The notes below the pieces were generated by a model. It was not told where the DNA came from. It made no database searches and worked only from the letters and a program-made list of their open reading frames with translations. This document shows, piece by piece, positions 9,164 to 19,609 of a DNA stretch of 59,475 nucleotides; position 1 is the first letter of the stretch; every line of letters starts with the position of its first letter. The DNA is from an uncultured Lachnospiraceae bacterium (GTDB lineage: Bacteria > Bacillota > Clostridia > Oscillospirales > CAG-272): assembly GCA_964623895.1 (NCBI GenBank), contig CAZUWA010000003.1:1-59475 (forward strand). The letters run 5' to 3'. The position numbers and the translations under genes were made by a program.

Positions 9164-10075
9164 TTATTCAAAATAGATCAATTCTCTTTCGATCGTAATG
9201 CCGTTTTTCTCACGGATCACACCAATAATATAATCAACTAATTGTTTTACATCCAATGCGGTTGCACCACCGATGTTGATAATAAATCCGGCATGCTTTT
9301 CAGAAATCTGCGCACCGCCGACGGTATATCCTTTCAATCCCGCTTTCTCGATCAATTCGCCAATAAAATATCCGGGATATCTCTTAAACACACTACCGGC
9401 GCTTGGATATTCTAGCGGTTGTTTGCTCCTTCTGCGTCCCATGAAATCATCCATCCGTGCGCGGATTTCAGTCGGATCATCCTTCTTTAAAAGAAATCTT
9501 GCAGACAGAATGATCTTTCCGTTTGCCATGTATTCCGATCTTCTGTAGCCAAAATGGTGCCCATCTGAAGATAAAACACCAATCACTCCCGTTTGCGGAT
9601 CAAGCCAAGTGCTCTCTACAAGGGTGTCCGATACCTGATAATCGTATGCACCGGCATTCATATAGACTGCACCGCCCACGCTTCCAGGAATCCCGAACAA
9701 TCCTTCAATACCCGAAAGCCCTGCGATGCATGCCTTAGTTGTAACAGAAGCAAGAGATGCGCCTGCTTCTGCAATGAGTTCGCTCTCATTGACCTCCACT
9801 TTGTTCATTGATGTGAGGAAAATTATCGCTCCACGAAAACCTTCATCTGAAAACAAAATATTGGAACAATATCCCATAACGCGGTACTCTATTCTTGCTT
9901 TCTTTGCAGAAGTTATCGCATTTATCAAACCTTCGACAGAGGTGGGATAGATCGCATAATCTACTGGTCCGCCAATGCGGAAGGAGGCGCATTCGGAAAG
10001 GGGTTTTGATGTCCTGTATCTCAAAAAACCTCTTTCCGATAAACTGTCAAGCATAGTCAAAAACTCTTGGTTCAA
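9164..10075 (-). CDS. murB: UDP-N-acetylenolpyruvoylglucosamine reductase
   Basis: The FAD-binding N-terminus (FRIGGPVDY, SNILF) and C-terminal motifs RRSKQP and PSAGSVFK are present. The TTG start at 10075 has GGAGG 9 nt upstream. Confidence 0.93.
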   Translation of the reverse strand: MNQEFLTMLDSLSERGFLRYRTSKPLSECASFRIGGPVDYAIYPTSVEGLINAITSAKKARIEYRVMGYCSNILFSDEGFRGAIIFLTSMNKVEVNESELIAEAGASLASVTTKACIAGLSGIEGLFGIPGSVGGAVYMNAGAYDYQVSDTLVESTWLDPQTGVIGVLSSDGHHFGYRRSEYMANGKIILSARFLLKKDDPTEIRARMDDFMGRRRSKQPLEYPSAGSVFKRYPGYFIGELIEKAGLKGYTVGGAQISEKHAGFIINIGGATALDVKQLVDYIIGVIREKNGITIERELIYFE

Positions 10076-10111
10076 GGGAAAAGCCTCCTTTGAAAGATTC
10101 TTCCTGAAAGA

Positions 10112-11335
10112 TTATGCAAGGACAAACTTGTGGAATACCTTCTTGCCTTTACGAATGATCACGTCGCCTTTAAAATCTTCAAGAGCGACCGTCGCGTCAA
10201 AACGCTCAACTTTATTCTCTCCGAGCATCACGCCGCCGCCGATGATCAATCTCTTGGCCTCACCTTTGGAAGGTGCCAATTTTGCAAGAACCATCAGGTC
10301 GGTAACCGCAATTTTTCCATCAACAAATTGATCTGCCGAAACGGTAGTAGATGGCATATTCTCAGCACTAGCGGCGCCGGAGAAGATGGCTTTTGCAGTT
10401 TCAAGCGCTTTCTTTGCTTCTTCCTCACCATGCACCAAGGCAGTCAATTCATACGCAAGGATTTCCTTCTTCTCGTTGATACGGGAAGCATCCCAATCTT
10501 CCATAGCATTGATCTCTTCAATGGGCAAGAAGGTCAACATCTTCAAACATTTCATTACATCAGCATCGTCAACGTTGCGCCAATACTGGAAAAATTCATA
10601 CGGAGAAGTCTTTTCAGGATCTAGCCATACAGCGCCCTTTTGTGTCTTACCCATCTTCTTACCCTCGGAATTAAGAAGCAAGGTGATCGTCATGGCATGC
10701 GCATCTTTACCCAATTTTCTGCGGATCAATTCAGTACCGCCAAGCATATTGGACCATTGATCATCTCCGCCAAACTGCATATTGCAACCATACTTTTGAT
10801 AAAGCGCATAGAAATCGTAAGACTGCATGATCATATAATTGAATTCCAAGAAGGATAGTCCTCTTTCCATTCGCTGTTTATAGCACTCTGCTGTCAGCAT
10901 TCTGTTTACCGAGAAACATGCACCGACCTCTCGGAGAAGTTCCACATAGTTCAATTGGAGCAACCAATCTGCATTATTGACCATCAATGCCTTACCGTCC
11001 GAAAAATCAATAAACTTGCTCATTTGCTTCTTGAAACATTCGGCATTATGCTTGATCGTTTCAACGGTCATCATCTGGCGCATATCGGTTCTGCCCGAGG
11101 GGTCACCGATCATTGCAGTACCGTCGCCAATAAGCGCAATCGGCTTATTGCCCGCCATCTGCAATCTCTTCATCAAGCAAAGTGCCATAAAATGACCGAC
11201 ATGCAAGCTGTCTGCGGTCGGGTCGAATCCGATATAAAAAACCGCTTTGCCTTCGTTTACCATTTTTCTGATTTCTTCTTCGTTTGTTACCTGAGCAATA
11301 AGTCCTCTGGCAACCAGTTCTTCGTATACTTTCAT
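10112..11335 (-). CDS. tyrS: tyrosine--tRNA ligase
   Basis: The class I HIGH motif (HVGH) and KMSKS motif (KMGKT) are present, with a C-terminal S4-like domain. Confidence 0.95.
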   Translation of the reverse strand: MKVYEELVARGLIAQVTNEEEIRKMVNEGKAVFYIGFDPTADSLHVGHFMALCLMKRLQMAGNKPIALIGDGTAMIGDPSGRTDMRQMMTVETIKHNAECFKKQMSKFIDFSDGKALMVNNADWLLQLNYVELLREVGACFSVNRMLTAECYKQRMERGLSFLEFNYMIMQSYDFYALYQKYGCNMQFGGDDQWSNMLGGTELIRRKLGKDAHAMTITLLLNSEGKKMGKTQKGAVWLDPEKTSPYEFFQYWRNVDDADVMKCLKMLTFLPIEEINAMEDWDASRINEKKEILAYELTALVHGEEEAKKALETAKAIFSGAASAENMPSTTVSADQFVDGKIAVTDLMVLAKLAPSKGEAKRLIIGGGVMLGENKVERFDATVALEDFKGDVIIRKGKKVFHKFVLA

Positions 11336-11356
11336 TTTGAATATATCCTTTCAGTT

Positions 11357-13057
11357 CTATCTCTGATTTTGTCCTTCCAGAAGCAGTTCCGCGGCACTTG
11401 CACGAACAATATCCGTGATTTGAATACCTCCCATAATACGCGACAGTTCTTCTATGCGCTCCTCATATGTAAGAACATGCACTTGTGTGCGGTTTCTGCC
11501 ATCAACTTCGCTTTTGAAAATGCGATAATGCCAGTGTCCGCACGCAGCAACCTGTGCTGAGTGGGTAATACAAAAAACCTGCGTATAATCTGCAATTTCG
11601 CGAAGCTTCATTCCGATCTTTTGAGAAGTTCGTCCGGAAATGCCGGTATCGATCTCATCAAAAACGAGAGACGGTGTCGCTTCCTTATCGGCAAGCGCAA
11701 CCTTGAGCGCCAACATCACACGGGAGAGTTCGCCACCCGAAGCGATACTTGAAATAGATTTAGGCGGTTCTCCGGGATTGGCAGATATCAAAAAACGGAC
11801 TTTATTGTAGCCATTCGTCGTAAGTTTCGGCACTCCCGGAACAGTAAATTCTTCCTCAACGTCAACTCTAAAGATCACCTTTTCAAGATCCAGATAGCGT
11901 ACCTCGCCGTTCACGATCTTTTCAAGTTGTTCTGCAGCACGTTTACGAAGAGCGGACAATATCGCCCCCTCCTCACGCACTTTTGAAACGGATATCTCCA
12001 GTTCCTCTCGAATTTTTTTGATCTCATGCTCTCTGCCGACCAGTACTTCAAGTTGTTCTTTGGCATTTTCGGCATATTGGATGATCGCTTCTTCGGTGTT
12101 TCCGTACCGTTTTTTTAGACCTTTGATAAGTTCCAGACGATCTTCAATGCGATTTAACTCTTCTGTCGGATTGTCTGTGCAAACAGCGGTAAGTGCACTT
12201 GCCCCTTTCGCAATTTCTTCAAGTTCTAACTGACATGCTGTCAGACGTCTGATTGAATCCCTTGCGCTTGGCATTGCTTCCGAAAGCTGTTCAAGAGCAG
12301 TCGAAGCAATTTCGATCAAATCGTAAGCGGAATTGCCTTTTTCGTTTTTGTAAAGTCCACGGTAGACGATACGCGCTTGTTTGATTAGTTTTTGTGCATC
12401 GCGTACAAGATGTTTGCGAGATTCCAGTTCCTCTTCTTCTCCATTTTTTAATTTTGCTTCGCCGATCTCTTTCACGGCAAATTTCAATTTTTTGATCGTT
12501 TCCCCTCGTTGCTCCTCTTCTTTTAACAGTTGCGTCAATTGGCTTTTCAATGCAACAGAAGCACTGTAAGCGGCAGAATACCCTGCAAGCTGTTTTTCGC
12601 ATTCGCCATATCGGTCAAGCAAAGTCAAATGCGTCTCTTCATCCAAAAGACTTTGCGTATCATGCTGTCCATGAATACCAACAAGCAGAAGACCAACAGC
12701 CTTTAATTTGGAAAGTGGGACAGCTCTTCCGTTGATCTTACAAGCGGAACGACCTTCCGTTGTCGCGCTACGAAAGACGAGTAATTCGCCGTTTTCATCC
12801 GGCAGAACCCCCTCTCTGGCAAGAAGCATACAAGAACGTTCATCTATATCTGTGAAAAGTCCTTCCACCGAAGCCCTTTCTTCTCCCGCACGGATCATAT
12901 CTTTGTCAAAGCGAGCACCCATCAATAATCTGACAGATCCGATAATAATCGATTTGCCTGCGCCGGTCTCTCCGGTCATCACCGTTAAGCCTTTTGAAAA
13001 GTCCAGATCCAGCTCCTTGATGACCGCAATATTTTCTATATGCAATGAGGATAGCAT
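11357..13057 (-). CDS. recN: DNA repair protein RecN
   Basis: An SMC-like protein with Walker A (GETGAGKS), a long coiled coil and the signature SGGELSR. Confidence 0.95.
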   Translation of the reverse strand: MLSSLHIENIAVIKELDLDFSKGLTVMTGETGAGKSIIIGSVRLLMGARFDKDMIRAGEERASVEGLFTDIDERSCMLLAREGVLPDENGELLVFRSATTEGRSACKINGRAVPLSKLKAVGLLLVGIHGQHDTQSLLDEETHLTLLDRYGECEKQLAGYSAAYSASVALKSQLTQLLKEEEQRGETIKKLKFAVKEIGEAKLKNGEEEELESRKHLVRDAQKLIKQARIVYRGLYKNEKGNSAYDLIEIASTALEQLSEAMPSARDSIRRLTACQLELEEIAKGASALTAVCTDNPTEELNRIEDRLELIKGLKKRYGNTEEAIIQYAENAKEQLEVLVGREHEIKKIREELEISVSKVREEGAILSALRKRAAEQLEKIVNGEVRYLDLEKVIFRVDVEEEFTVPGVPKLTTNGYNKVRFLISANPGEPPKSISSIASGGELSRVMLALKVALADKEATPSLVFDEIDTGISGRTSQKIGMKLREIADYTQVFCITHSAQVAACGHWHYRIFKSEVDGRNRTQVHVLTYEERIEELSRIMGGIQITDIVRASAAELLLEGQNQR

Positions 13058-13074
13058 TGCCCTTCTTCCTCCGT

Positions 13075-13530
13075 TTATCTGTTTTGAATAACCGAATTGA
13101 TCTTAGAAAGAAGGAGTTCGCCGGCAACCTCGTCGGAAACAGCAACGAAGATCGTATCATCTCCGGCAATCGTTCCGTAAATACAGTTTAATTGCATGGC
13201 ATCAACAGCAGTAGCCGCCGCCATTGCCATACCGGTATAGGTATGAATAACTACCAAATTGCCCGTCAAACGCACGGAAATAACCGTCTCGCGAAGCACA
13301 TTATCAAACTTCGCCGTCGGTTTAAAATCATCTCCAAGAGAAGGTGCGTATCTATATTGACCGTTATCGGTAGCGATCTTGATCAGTTTCAACTCCTTGA
13401 TATCCCTCGAAACCGTCGCTTGGGTAGAATTGTAACCTGCTTCTTTTAAGCGAAGGAGCAGTTCCTCCTGCGTTTCAACATCATATTCGGTAATAATACT
13501 CAAAATTTGCTTTTGTCTTCCGTTTTTCAT
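13075..13530 (-). CDS. argR: arginine repressor
   Basis: A winged-helix N-terminus (QATVSRDIKEL) and a C-terminal oligomerisation/arginine-binding domain (GTIAGDDTIF). It sits in the conserved position just upstream of recN. Confidence 0.92.
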   Translation of the reverse strand: MKNGRQKQILSIITEYDVETQEELLLRLKEAGYNSTQATVSRDIKELKLIKIATDNGQYRYAPSLGDDFKPTAKFDNVLRETVISVRLTGNLVVIHTYTGMAMAAATAVDAMQLNCIYGTIAGDDTIFVAVSDEVAGELLLSKINSVIQNR

Positions 13531-13553
13531 TTTTTATCTCCCTTCGCTTGGTT

Positions 13554-14366
13554 TTATGTCAATTTTTGTCTGACTGTTTGATAAAATGCTGCGTTTCCAA
13601 ATCGCACAAGTTTAGCTTTATTTTGGCTTTTTTTGATCAAAACGCTCTCACCGGGTTTCAACTCACAAAACGCACTGCCGTCCGCATAGCACGTAAGGGG
13701 ATCAGCATATCTCCCACGATTAATCAACTCTATTGAGGATTCAGAAGAAAAGATCAGTGGTCTTCCTGCGAGTGAATGAGAGCAAATGGGGGTAAAACAG
13801 ATACAATCCAATTTCGGATCAACAACACTACCTCCGGCAGAGAGCGAATAGGCTGTCGAACCGGTAGGAGTTGCAACAATCAATCCGTCACAACGGTAGA
13901 TCCCAAGACTTTCCCCGTGACAGATCGCCTCGATTTCCGCAACCGCCAAATGTGAATCAACCGTCACGACCACATCGTTGAGCGCTCTGCCCTCTCTGCC
14001 ACCTCCAACGAAGGAAAGCATAGTCCGCTCCTCTACACGATAGTCTCCTTCAAGAAGACTTTGTACGATTTCACGTGTCAGATCACCGATCTCGGTCAAA
14101 TAGCCCAAATGTCCCTTTCGAACGCCGAGCACCGGAACACCGTCTTGCGAGGCTTCGGAAGACGTATGGATAAGAGAACCATCTCCACCGAATACGATTA
14201 CCAGATCACATTTTTTATAAAATTCTTTCGGAAGAAGCGCTGAAACACCGTCATCCTCATTCTGCTCCATATAGCAGAATTCCACATCCGGAAAATCGGA
14301 AAAAAGTTCGGTCGCCTGTACCAGTGCATCTGCGTATTTCGCAATAGCTGTCAGACCAATCTTCAT
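13554..14366 (-). CDS. nadK: NAD kinase
   Basis: Contains the GGDGS motif and TPTGSTAYSLSAGG. Confidence 0.93.
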   Translation of the reverse strand: MKIGLTAIAKYADALVQATELFSDFPDVEFCYMEQNEDDGVSALLPKEFYKKCDLVIVFGGDGSLIHTSSEASQDGVPVLGVRKGHLGYLTEIGDLTREIVQSLLEGDYRVEERTMLSFVGGGREGRALNDVVVTVDSHLAVAEIEAICHGESLGIYRCDGLIVATPTGSTAYSLSAGGSVVDPKLDCICFTPICSHSLAGRPLIFSSESSIELINRGRYADPLTCYADGSAFCELKPGESVLIKKSQNKAKLVRFGNAAFYQTVRQKLT

Positions 14367-15151
14367 TTTCCCCCTCCTGTTTCGCCGTAAACCGCTTTTG
14401 AGATTTTTTCTCTATCAAATAAAACATCATTTTTAAAGTAAAAAAGTGCAAGATATTCCTTGTTTCCGTCCCCGCCTTCTATGGGAGAGGACACAAGATC
14501 GGCAAGAAAAAAATTGCATTTTTTAGCCTCTATCATCAATTCTTCAATGACCTTGATATGTTCTTTTTTATCTTTTACGATCCCGTTTTTGCCGAGTGCC
14601 GCCCTGCCCACTTCAAACTGCGGTTTGATAAGCGACAAAAACTGGGCGCCGTTTGCAAGCGTTTTGGAGAGCGGCAGATAGATCAATCTTTGTGAAATGA
14701 AAGAAAGATCAGAAACCGCAAGTTCTATTTTTTCTTCAAAAGTACTTTCAGAAAGATCCCTTGCGTTAAAGCCCTCTATTGGCACAACACGCAAATCGCT
14801 CTTGATCTTCTCGTGAAGTTGCCCATGTCCCACATCAAGAGCATAGACTTTTTTTGCCCCATACTGTAAAAGACAGTCTGTAAAGCCGCCTGTAGACGCG
14901 CCAAGATCAAGACACACTTTCCCATTCGCTTGAAGGTCAAAAACCTCAAAAGCACCCTGCAGTTTCAATCCGCCTCGCCCGACGAACGGAAGTGATTGCT
15001 TCAAAAGCTCCACTGTATTTTCTTTCACATCAAAGGAAGGTTTGATAACAGTCCTTCCATCAACGTGCACAAGACCTTCCTTGATACAGTATACCGCTTT
15101 TTGTCTCGATTCGGTCATCCCATTTTCAAAAAGATAACGATCTAAACGCAT
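14363..15151 (-). CDS. tlyA: TlyA-family rRNA 2'-O-methyltransferase
   Basis: An S4 domain N-terminus (RLDRYL) and a SAM-binding motif (DLGASTGGFTD). It overlaps nadK by 4 nt. Confidence 0.9.
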   Translation of the reverse strand: MRLDRYLFENGMTESRQKAVYCIKEGLVHVDGRTVIKPSFDVKENTVELLKQSLPFVGRGGLKLQGAFEVFDLQANGKVCLDLGASTGGFTDCLLQYGAKKVYALDVGHGQLHEKIKSDLRVVPIEGFNARDLSESTFEEKIELAVSDLSFISQRLIYLPLSKTLANGAQFLSLIKPQFEVGRAALGKNGIVKDKKEHIKVIEELMIEAKKCNFFLADLVSSPIEGGDGNKEYLALFYFKNDVLFDREKISKAVYGETGGGK

Positions 15152-16030
15152 TTAATGAGTCCTGTTAAGCGAAGTTCTTGCAAAATCCACAAGGTATTCG
15201 CTACCCGCATATTTTTCAATGGCAGAAACCGCAATCTCCGTCAATTCCTCTGCGCGCCGCCGTGCACCATCCATACCAAGTAATGCCACGTAAGTCGTTT
15301 TTTGATTTTTCTCATCACTACCGCTCGGCTTTCCCAGTTCCTCTTCCGAAGCAGTAACATCGAGAATATCATCGATGATCTGAAACGCCGCACCAAAATT
15401 AAGACCGTAAGTCATGGCATCCGCCAGCACCTCATCATTTACCCCCGCGGCAATACAACCAAGTCCGCATGCCGCTTCGAGGAGCGCGCCGGTTTTCTTA
15501 TCATTGATGCTGTCTAATTGCGCCGAGGTAATAGCAATGCTTTCATTGAGGATATCCTCCTCCTGACCGCCTACCATACCAAGATACCCTGCTTTATCTG
15601 CAAGGAGTTTTACAGCGCGTACATTGTCTAACGGGGCAGTTCTCTTGTTTCCTGCAAGCAATTCAAAAGCATATGTAAGCAATGCATCTCCCGCAAGAAG
15701 CGCCATTGCCTCTCCGTAGACCTTATGATTGGTGGGACGACCTCGGCGCAGATCATCATTGTCCATACAAGGCAGATCGTCATGAATCAAGGAATAGGTA
15801 TGAATCGCTTCCACCGCACAGGCATACGGAAGTGCTTTTTCGGGCTCTGTTCCAAACAGTTTATAGAATTCAAGTACCAGATGAGGTCTGAACCGTTTCC
15901 CCGGCGCAAGCAATGAGTAGCGCATACTGTTCTTTAGAGCTGTATCTTCCGAAAGTGGTGGAAAGCATTCTTTCAGTGCTTCATTCACCAGTTCCGTGTT
16001 TTTTTGCAGTCTTTCATCAATTGAAGTCAT
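15152..16030 (-). CDS. ispA: polyprenyl (farnesyl/geranylgeranyl) diphosphate synthase
   Basis: Two Asp-rich motifs are present: LIHDDLPCMDNDDLRRG and FQIIDDILD. I prefer the ATG at 16030, which has GGAGA 6 nt upstream. Confidence 0.92.
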   Translation of the reverse strand: MTSIDERLQKNTELVNEALKECFPPLSEDTALKNSMRYSLLAPGKRFRPHLVLEFYKLFGTEPEKALPYACAVEAIHTYSLIHDDLPCMDNDDLRRGRPTNHKVYGEAMALLAGDALLTYAFELLAGNKRTAPLDNVRAVKLLADKAGYLGMVGGQEEDILNESIAITSAQLDSINDKKTGALLEAACGLGCIAAGVNDEVLADAMTYGLNFGAAFQIIDDILDVTASEEELGKPSGSDEKNQKTTYVALLGMDGARRRAEELTEIAVSAIEKYAGSEYLVDFARTSLNRTH

Positions 16031-16192
16031 ACTTTTTCTCCTTTGCAACCTGCGCATAAAAATAGAAATAATACTATTTTAGTTATATTATACATAATGT
16101 TTGTGAAAAAGTCAACAGAAAAGAAGAAATAGGTGATAATTTATGCAATTTCAAATATTTCTAATCATTTTTGTTTTTTTACGGATTTTCTA

Positions 16193-16221
16193 TTGAAATC
16201 ACAACAAAAAAGTGGTATAAT
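16193..16221 (+). promoter_or_regulatory. promoter TTGAAA-17-TGgTATAAT for the small membrane protein gene
   Basis: Read directly: TTGAAAtcacaacaaaaaagtggTATAAT, 35 nt upstream of the ATG at 16256. Confidence 0.6.
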
Positions 16222-16255
16222 TGCCCTGTAAGTACGAATAAGAAGCAGGTTCTTT

Positions 16256-16669
16256 ATGAAAACATCCTTTAAACCAATCAAAGATTTTTTGTATAAATTC
16301 ATTTATCCCTCCGCAACCTTGTTTACCGTTTTAACCCTGTTGGTCTGTCTTGGTTCCAACCTTACTGTCAAACTCTCGACCCTATATATTTTTCTCTTTC
16401 TTTCCTTTGCCTTGACTGCCGCAAATCTGATTTTAAAGATCGAAAAAATGAATCTTTACTTTAGAGTTGCCACACATTTCTTACTTCTTGGCGGAGTTCT
16501 GTTTCTGACAGTCTATATGTCCGGCTATATGGCACATTCTGCCAATTGGGTGCTGATCCTCATTATATATGCCGTACTATATGCGATCCTTGCACCGATA
16601 TTTCTCTTTATTCGTTGGAAAAGGATCAGAAAAGAAAAAACAGACACAACCTATAAAAAACTGTACTAA
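16256..16669 (+). CDS. hypothetical integral membrane protein (4 predicted TM helices)
   Basis: A 137-aa ORF with four hydrophobic stretches and a basic C-terminus. It has its own promoter and terminator. I recognised no family. Confidence 0.6.
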   Translation: MKTSFKPIKDFLYKFIYPSATLFTVLTLLVCLGSNLTVKLSTLYIFLFLSFALTAANLILKIEKMNLYFRVATHFLLLGGVLFLTVYMSGYMAHSANWVLILIIYAVLYAILAPIFLFIRWKRIRKEKTDTTYKKLY

Positions 16670-16710
16670 AAAAACGATCACCGAGGAATTTCTCTTCCTC
16701 GGTGATTTTC
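16668..16710. terminator. bidirectional intrinsic terminator between convergent genes
   Basis: AAAAAAACG-ATCACCGAGGAA-tttctc-TTCCTCGGTGAT-TTTC: a 12-bp perfect stem with an A-run on one side and a T-run on the other. Confidence 0.85.
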
Positions 16711-16755
16711 TGTTAAGATGTAGTAATAAAATAAAACCTGCAACCGATTTTTTTG

Positions 16756-17460
16756 TCATTTCAATCTTCTGTCTGTCTTTGTTGCCAACAACGTCCCGAC
16801 CGACTGGAAAATCTGTACCATAATGATCAAAAGGATTACCGCAATGATCATCGTCGGATACTGATATCTGTAATAGCCGTAATTGATAGCGATCTTGCCG
16901 AGTCCTCCACCGCCGATTGCACCACTCATTGCCGAATAACCAAGAATCGTAGTAATGGCAATGGTCAGATTGGAGATCAGCGAAGGGACACTTTCCGGAA
17001 TCATCACTTTTGTAATGATCTGGAACGGGGACGCACCCATGCTCTGTGCGGCTTCGATAATGTTTGGATTTACTTCTCTCAAACTCGTCTCGACTAACCG
17101 CGCTACAAACGGAAACGCCGCAAAAACGAGCGGAACGATCGTCGCTTTTGTACCAACAGAGGTACCGACAACTGCACGAGAGATCGGGATGACCATAATC
17201 ATCAAAATCAAAAACGGAACGGAGCGAAGAAGATTGATCACAACATTAAGGATCTGCATGATGAATGGTGGCAAGGGCAAAACGCCTTTTTTATCACCGA
17301 CCACCAAAAGAACACCGAGCGGCAGACCGATGACAAGAGCAAGGGCTGTGGAGAGAACCGTCACATAAAAAGTCTCCCAAATCGCAAACGGGATCTCCTC
17401 TTTCAGAACTTCCCAAGCCATTAACAGTTTATCGGCAGTAAACATATTCTCAAGATTCAT
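16756..17460 (-). CDS. metI: methionine ABC transporter permease
   Basis: A five-TM MetI-type permease with an EAA loop (EAAQSMGASPFQII). It follows metN after a 3-nt gap. Confidence 0.9.
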   Translation of the reverse strand: MNLENMFTADKLLMAWEVLKEEIPFAIWETFYVTVLSTALALVIGLPLGVLLVVGDKKGVLPLPPFIMQILNVVINLLRSVPFLILMIMVIPISRAVVGTSVGTKATIVPLVFAAFPFVARLVETSLREVNPNIIEAAQSMGASPFQIITKVMIPESVPSLISNLTIAITTILGYSAMSGAIGGGGLGKIAINYGYYRYQYPTMIIAVILLIIMVQIFQSVGTLLATKTDRRLK

Positions 17461-17463
17461 TAT

Positions 17464-18462
17464 TTATACCTCCTCCACAAAAATATTTTCGATAGAAGAA
17501 AGATATTCGATTGCTTCCGTCTGCTTCTCTTCCCCACCGGGAATACCGAGAAGCATTGTACCGTATACCTTGTCATCAACACATCTTGTCGCAGCCGAAA
17601 GAATATTGACCGGCAACTGTTTGTCAATAGCCATCTGAGAAATCACAGGCGTGCCGGCAGTCTTTGCGCCGTTGAAGATAACACGAATGCGCTTCTCATT
17701 ATCGGGATTGGATACCAGTTCATCTGCACCGTTCGGGAACACCAATCTTCTCGCTGCTGCAGACTTCGGACTGGAGAATACCGTGCCAACTAATCCTTCT
17801 TCCACAACTTCGCCGCCGTCAAGAATGGCGACTTTATTGCAGATCTCTTCAACAACGCTCATCTGATGGGTAATAACGATCACCGTGATTCCCAGTTTTT
17901 TGTTAATATCCTTGATCAGTTCCAATATTGAATGCGTAGTATTCGGATCAAGAGCCGATGTTGCTTCGTCACACAGAAGAACCTTTGGATCTGTCGCCAA
18001 GGCACGCGCAATGGCAATACGCTGCTGCTGTCCGCCCGAAAGCTGCGCCGGATATGCTTTCGCCTTGTCGGGGAGCCCAACGATTTCAAGCAATTCCGCC
18101 GCTCTTTTCTTGGCTACACTTGACTTTACCCCCGCAAGTTCCATCGGGAAACAGATGTTTTTCAAGCAGTTTCTTTGCATCAGCAAATTAAATCCCTGAA
18201 AGATCATCGTGATGTCTCTCCGCTCTTTACGCAGTTCAGTAGCGGAAAGTGCGCCAATATCCAGTCCATCAATAAGAATCTGCCCTTCAGTAGGGCGTTC
18301 CAACATATTGATACAACGAACTAGCGTGCTTTTCCCGGCGCCGCTCATCCCGATAATGCCGTAGATATCGCCGTCCTCGATCGTTAAATTGATATTTTTC
18401 AGCGCTTCCACACTACCGCCGGCAGTGCGGAATATCTTGCTCAAATTCTTGATTTCAATCAT
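17464..18462 (-). CDS. metN: methionine ABC transporter ATP-binding protein
   Basis: Walker A (GMSGAGKST), signature (LSGGQQQR) and Walker B (LLCDEATSALD) are present, with a C-terminal NIL-type regulatory domain. I prefer the start at MIEIKNL (18462). Confidence 0.92.
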   Translation of the reverse strand: MIEIKNLSKIFRTAGGSVEALKNINLTIEDGDIYGIIGMSGAGKSTLVRCINMLERPTEGQILIDGLDIGALSATELRKERRDITMIFQGFNLLMQRNCLKNICFPMELAGVKSSVAKKRAAELLEIVGLPDKAKAYPAQLSGGQQQRIAIARALATDPKVLLCDEATSALDPNTTHSILELIKDINKKLGITVIVITHQMSVVEEICNKVAILDGGEVVEEGLVGTVFSSPKSAAARRLVFPNGADELVSNPDNEKRIRVIFNGAKTAGTPVISQMAIDKQLPVNILSAATRCVDDKVYGTMLLGIPGGEEKQTEAIEYLSSIENIFVEEV

Positions 18463-18602
18463 GCCAGTATCTTCCTTTGATTTAATAAAGAAATGTGCAT
18501 AAAAATGCATAGGGTTCAGTCATCCGATATAAAAACGTGGTATATAAAACGATACGGGCTGCATTCATTTGATACAGCCCGCCTCGGTTCAATCAGTGTT
18601 AT

Positions 18603-19448
18603 TTATTCGCCCTTGATGGCATCAAGAGTGGTATATTTACTGCTGTAGATACCCATCGGCTCGTGGTGGATTTCGGAAACAGAAACGATATGTGTGCCAT
18701 TTTCAGCATTGAAATCGTTCAAGTAAGGAATGTGTTGGAAATAGTTCGCATCTACTTCACCACTCTCAACAACCAAATTCGGCTGTACATAATCAGTGAA
18801 TTCGATGATATCGAGTGTAATATCTTTGCTTGCAAGAACTTCTTTCGCAACCTTTAAGATGTCGGCATGGGGTGCGGGAGAAGCAGCGATTTTAATCGTC
18901 TGTCCCTTAAGCGCTTCATAGTCAACAGAAGCATCGGTGCCATCGGTAGCGTTCTTGATGTCGCATACAACAGCGCCGTTATAGGTCTTGGCAATGTAAT
19001 CCACGACAGCCTGACTATTCACAGCCGCAATGAGCGCCTTGATCTTGTCGGTATTTTGGTTACCATCCTTAACTGAAATGATGTTCGGATAAGAAACATC
19101 GGTGCCCTCCGTGGTGATCGGTGTGATCTGCGCGGGAATAGCATAGTTTGAATTGATGATCGCATAGTCAACATCAGGCAAATTGTTTGGAAGCTGTGCC
19201 GCCTCAGCTTCAACAAACTTAATGTTATAAGGATTGGATGTGATGTCTCTGATGGTTGCTTCGGTGCCTACGTTCTCTTTCAGTTCGATGTAACCGAGAG
19301 ATGCGAGGAGCTGAAGTGCTCTTGCTTCATTAGTAGTATCGTTCGGAATGGCAATGGTGATCTGATCATTCTTTTGACAAGAAGTAAAGAAAGATGCAGT
19401 GCCGATGCAAAGAATGGCGATAAGTACGAGGGAAATGATTTTTTTCAT
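18603..19448 (-). CDS. metQ: methionine-binding lipoprotein (MetQ/NlpA family)
   Basis: The signal peptide has a lipobox (ASFFTSC). AAGGAGA lies 6 nt upstream of the ATG at 19448. The track ORF up to 19739 is a non-coding in-frame extension. Confidence 0.88.
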   Translation of the reverse strand: MKKIISLVLIAILCIGTASFFTSCQKNDQITIAIPNDTTNEARALQLLASLGYIELKENVGTEATIRDITSNPYNIKFVEAEAAQLPNNLPDVDYAIINSNYAIPAQITPITTEGTDVSYPNIISVKDGNQNTDKIKALIAAVNSQAVVDYIAKTYNGAVVCDIKNATDGTDASVDYEALKGQTIKIAASPAPHADILKVAKEVLASKDITLDIIEFTDYVQPNLVVESGEVDANYFQHIPYLNDFNAENGTHIVSVSEIHHEPMGIYSSKYTTLDAIKGE

Positions 19449-19534
19449 GTTTGTCTCCTTAAATAATTTTATATGTGATATGCTTTTGTACTCTGGGTTG
19501 TTGTGTCGATGCTCAAGTGTACCTACAATAAAAA

Positions 19535-19609
19535 TCAGCAGAATATAGACGCGGGCATTGCCCACATTCGGAAATACCAATGTGCCATACAATAATGAAG
19601 TTTTTTCAT
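19535..19609 (-). CDS. candidate upstream small ORF 2 in the met leader (24 aa, MKKLHYCMAHWYFRMWAMPASIFC)
   Basis: My own translation. AGGAG lies 8 nt upstream. There is no other support. Confidence 0.25.
   Translation of the reverse strand: MKKLHYCMAHWYFRMWAMPASIFC

Noticed and set aside
11336-11356. T-box leaders upstream of tyrS and aspS, which are common in Firmicutes.
   Set aside because: The tyrS upstream spacer is 21 nt. The aspS leader is only about 50 nt after its promoter (38620-38674). Both are too short to hold a ~200-nt T-box, so the genes appear constitutive or co-transcribed.
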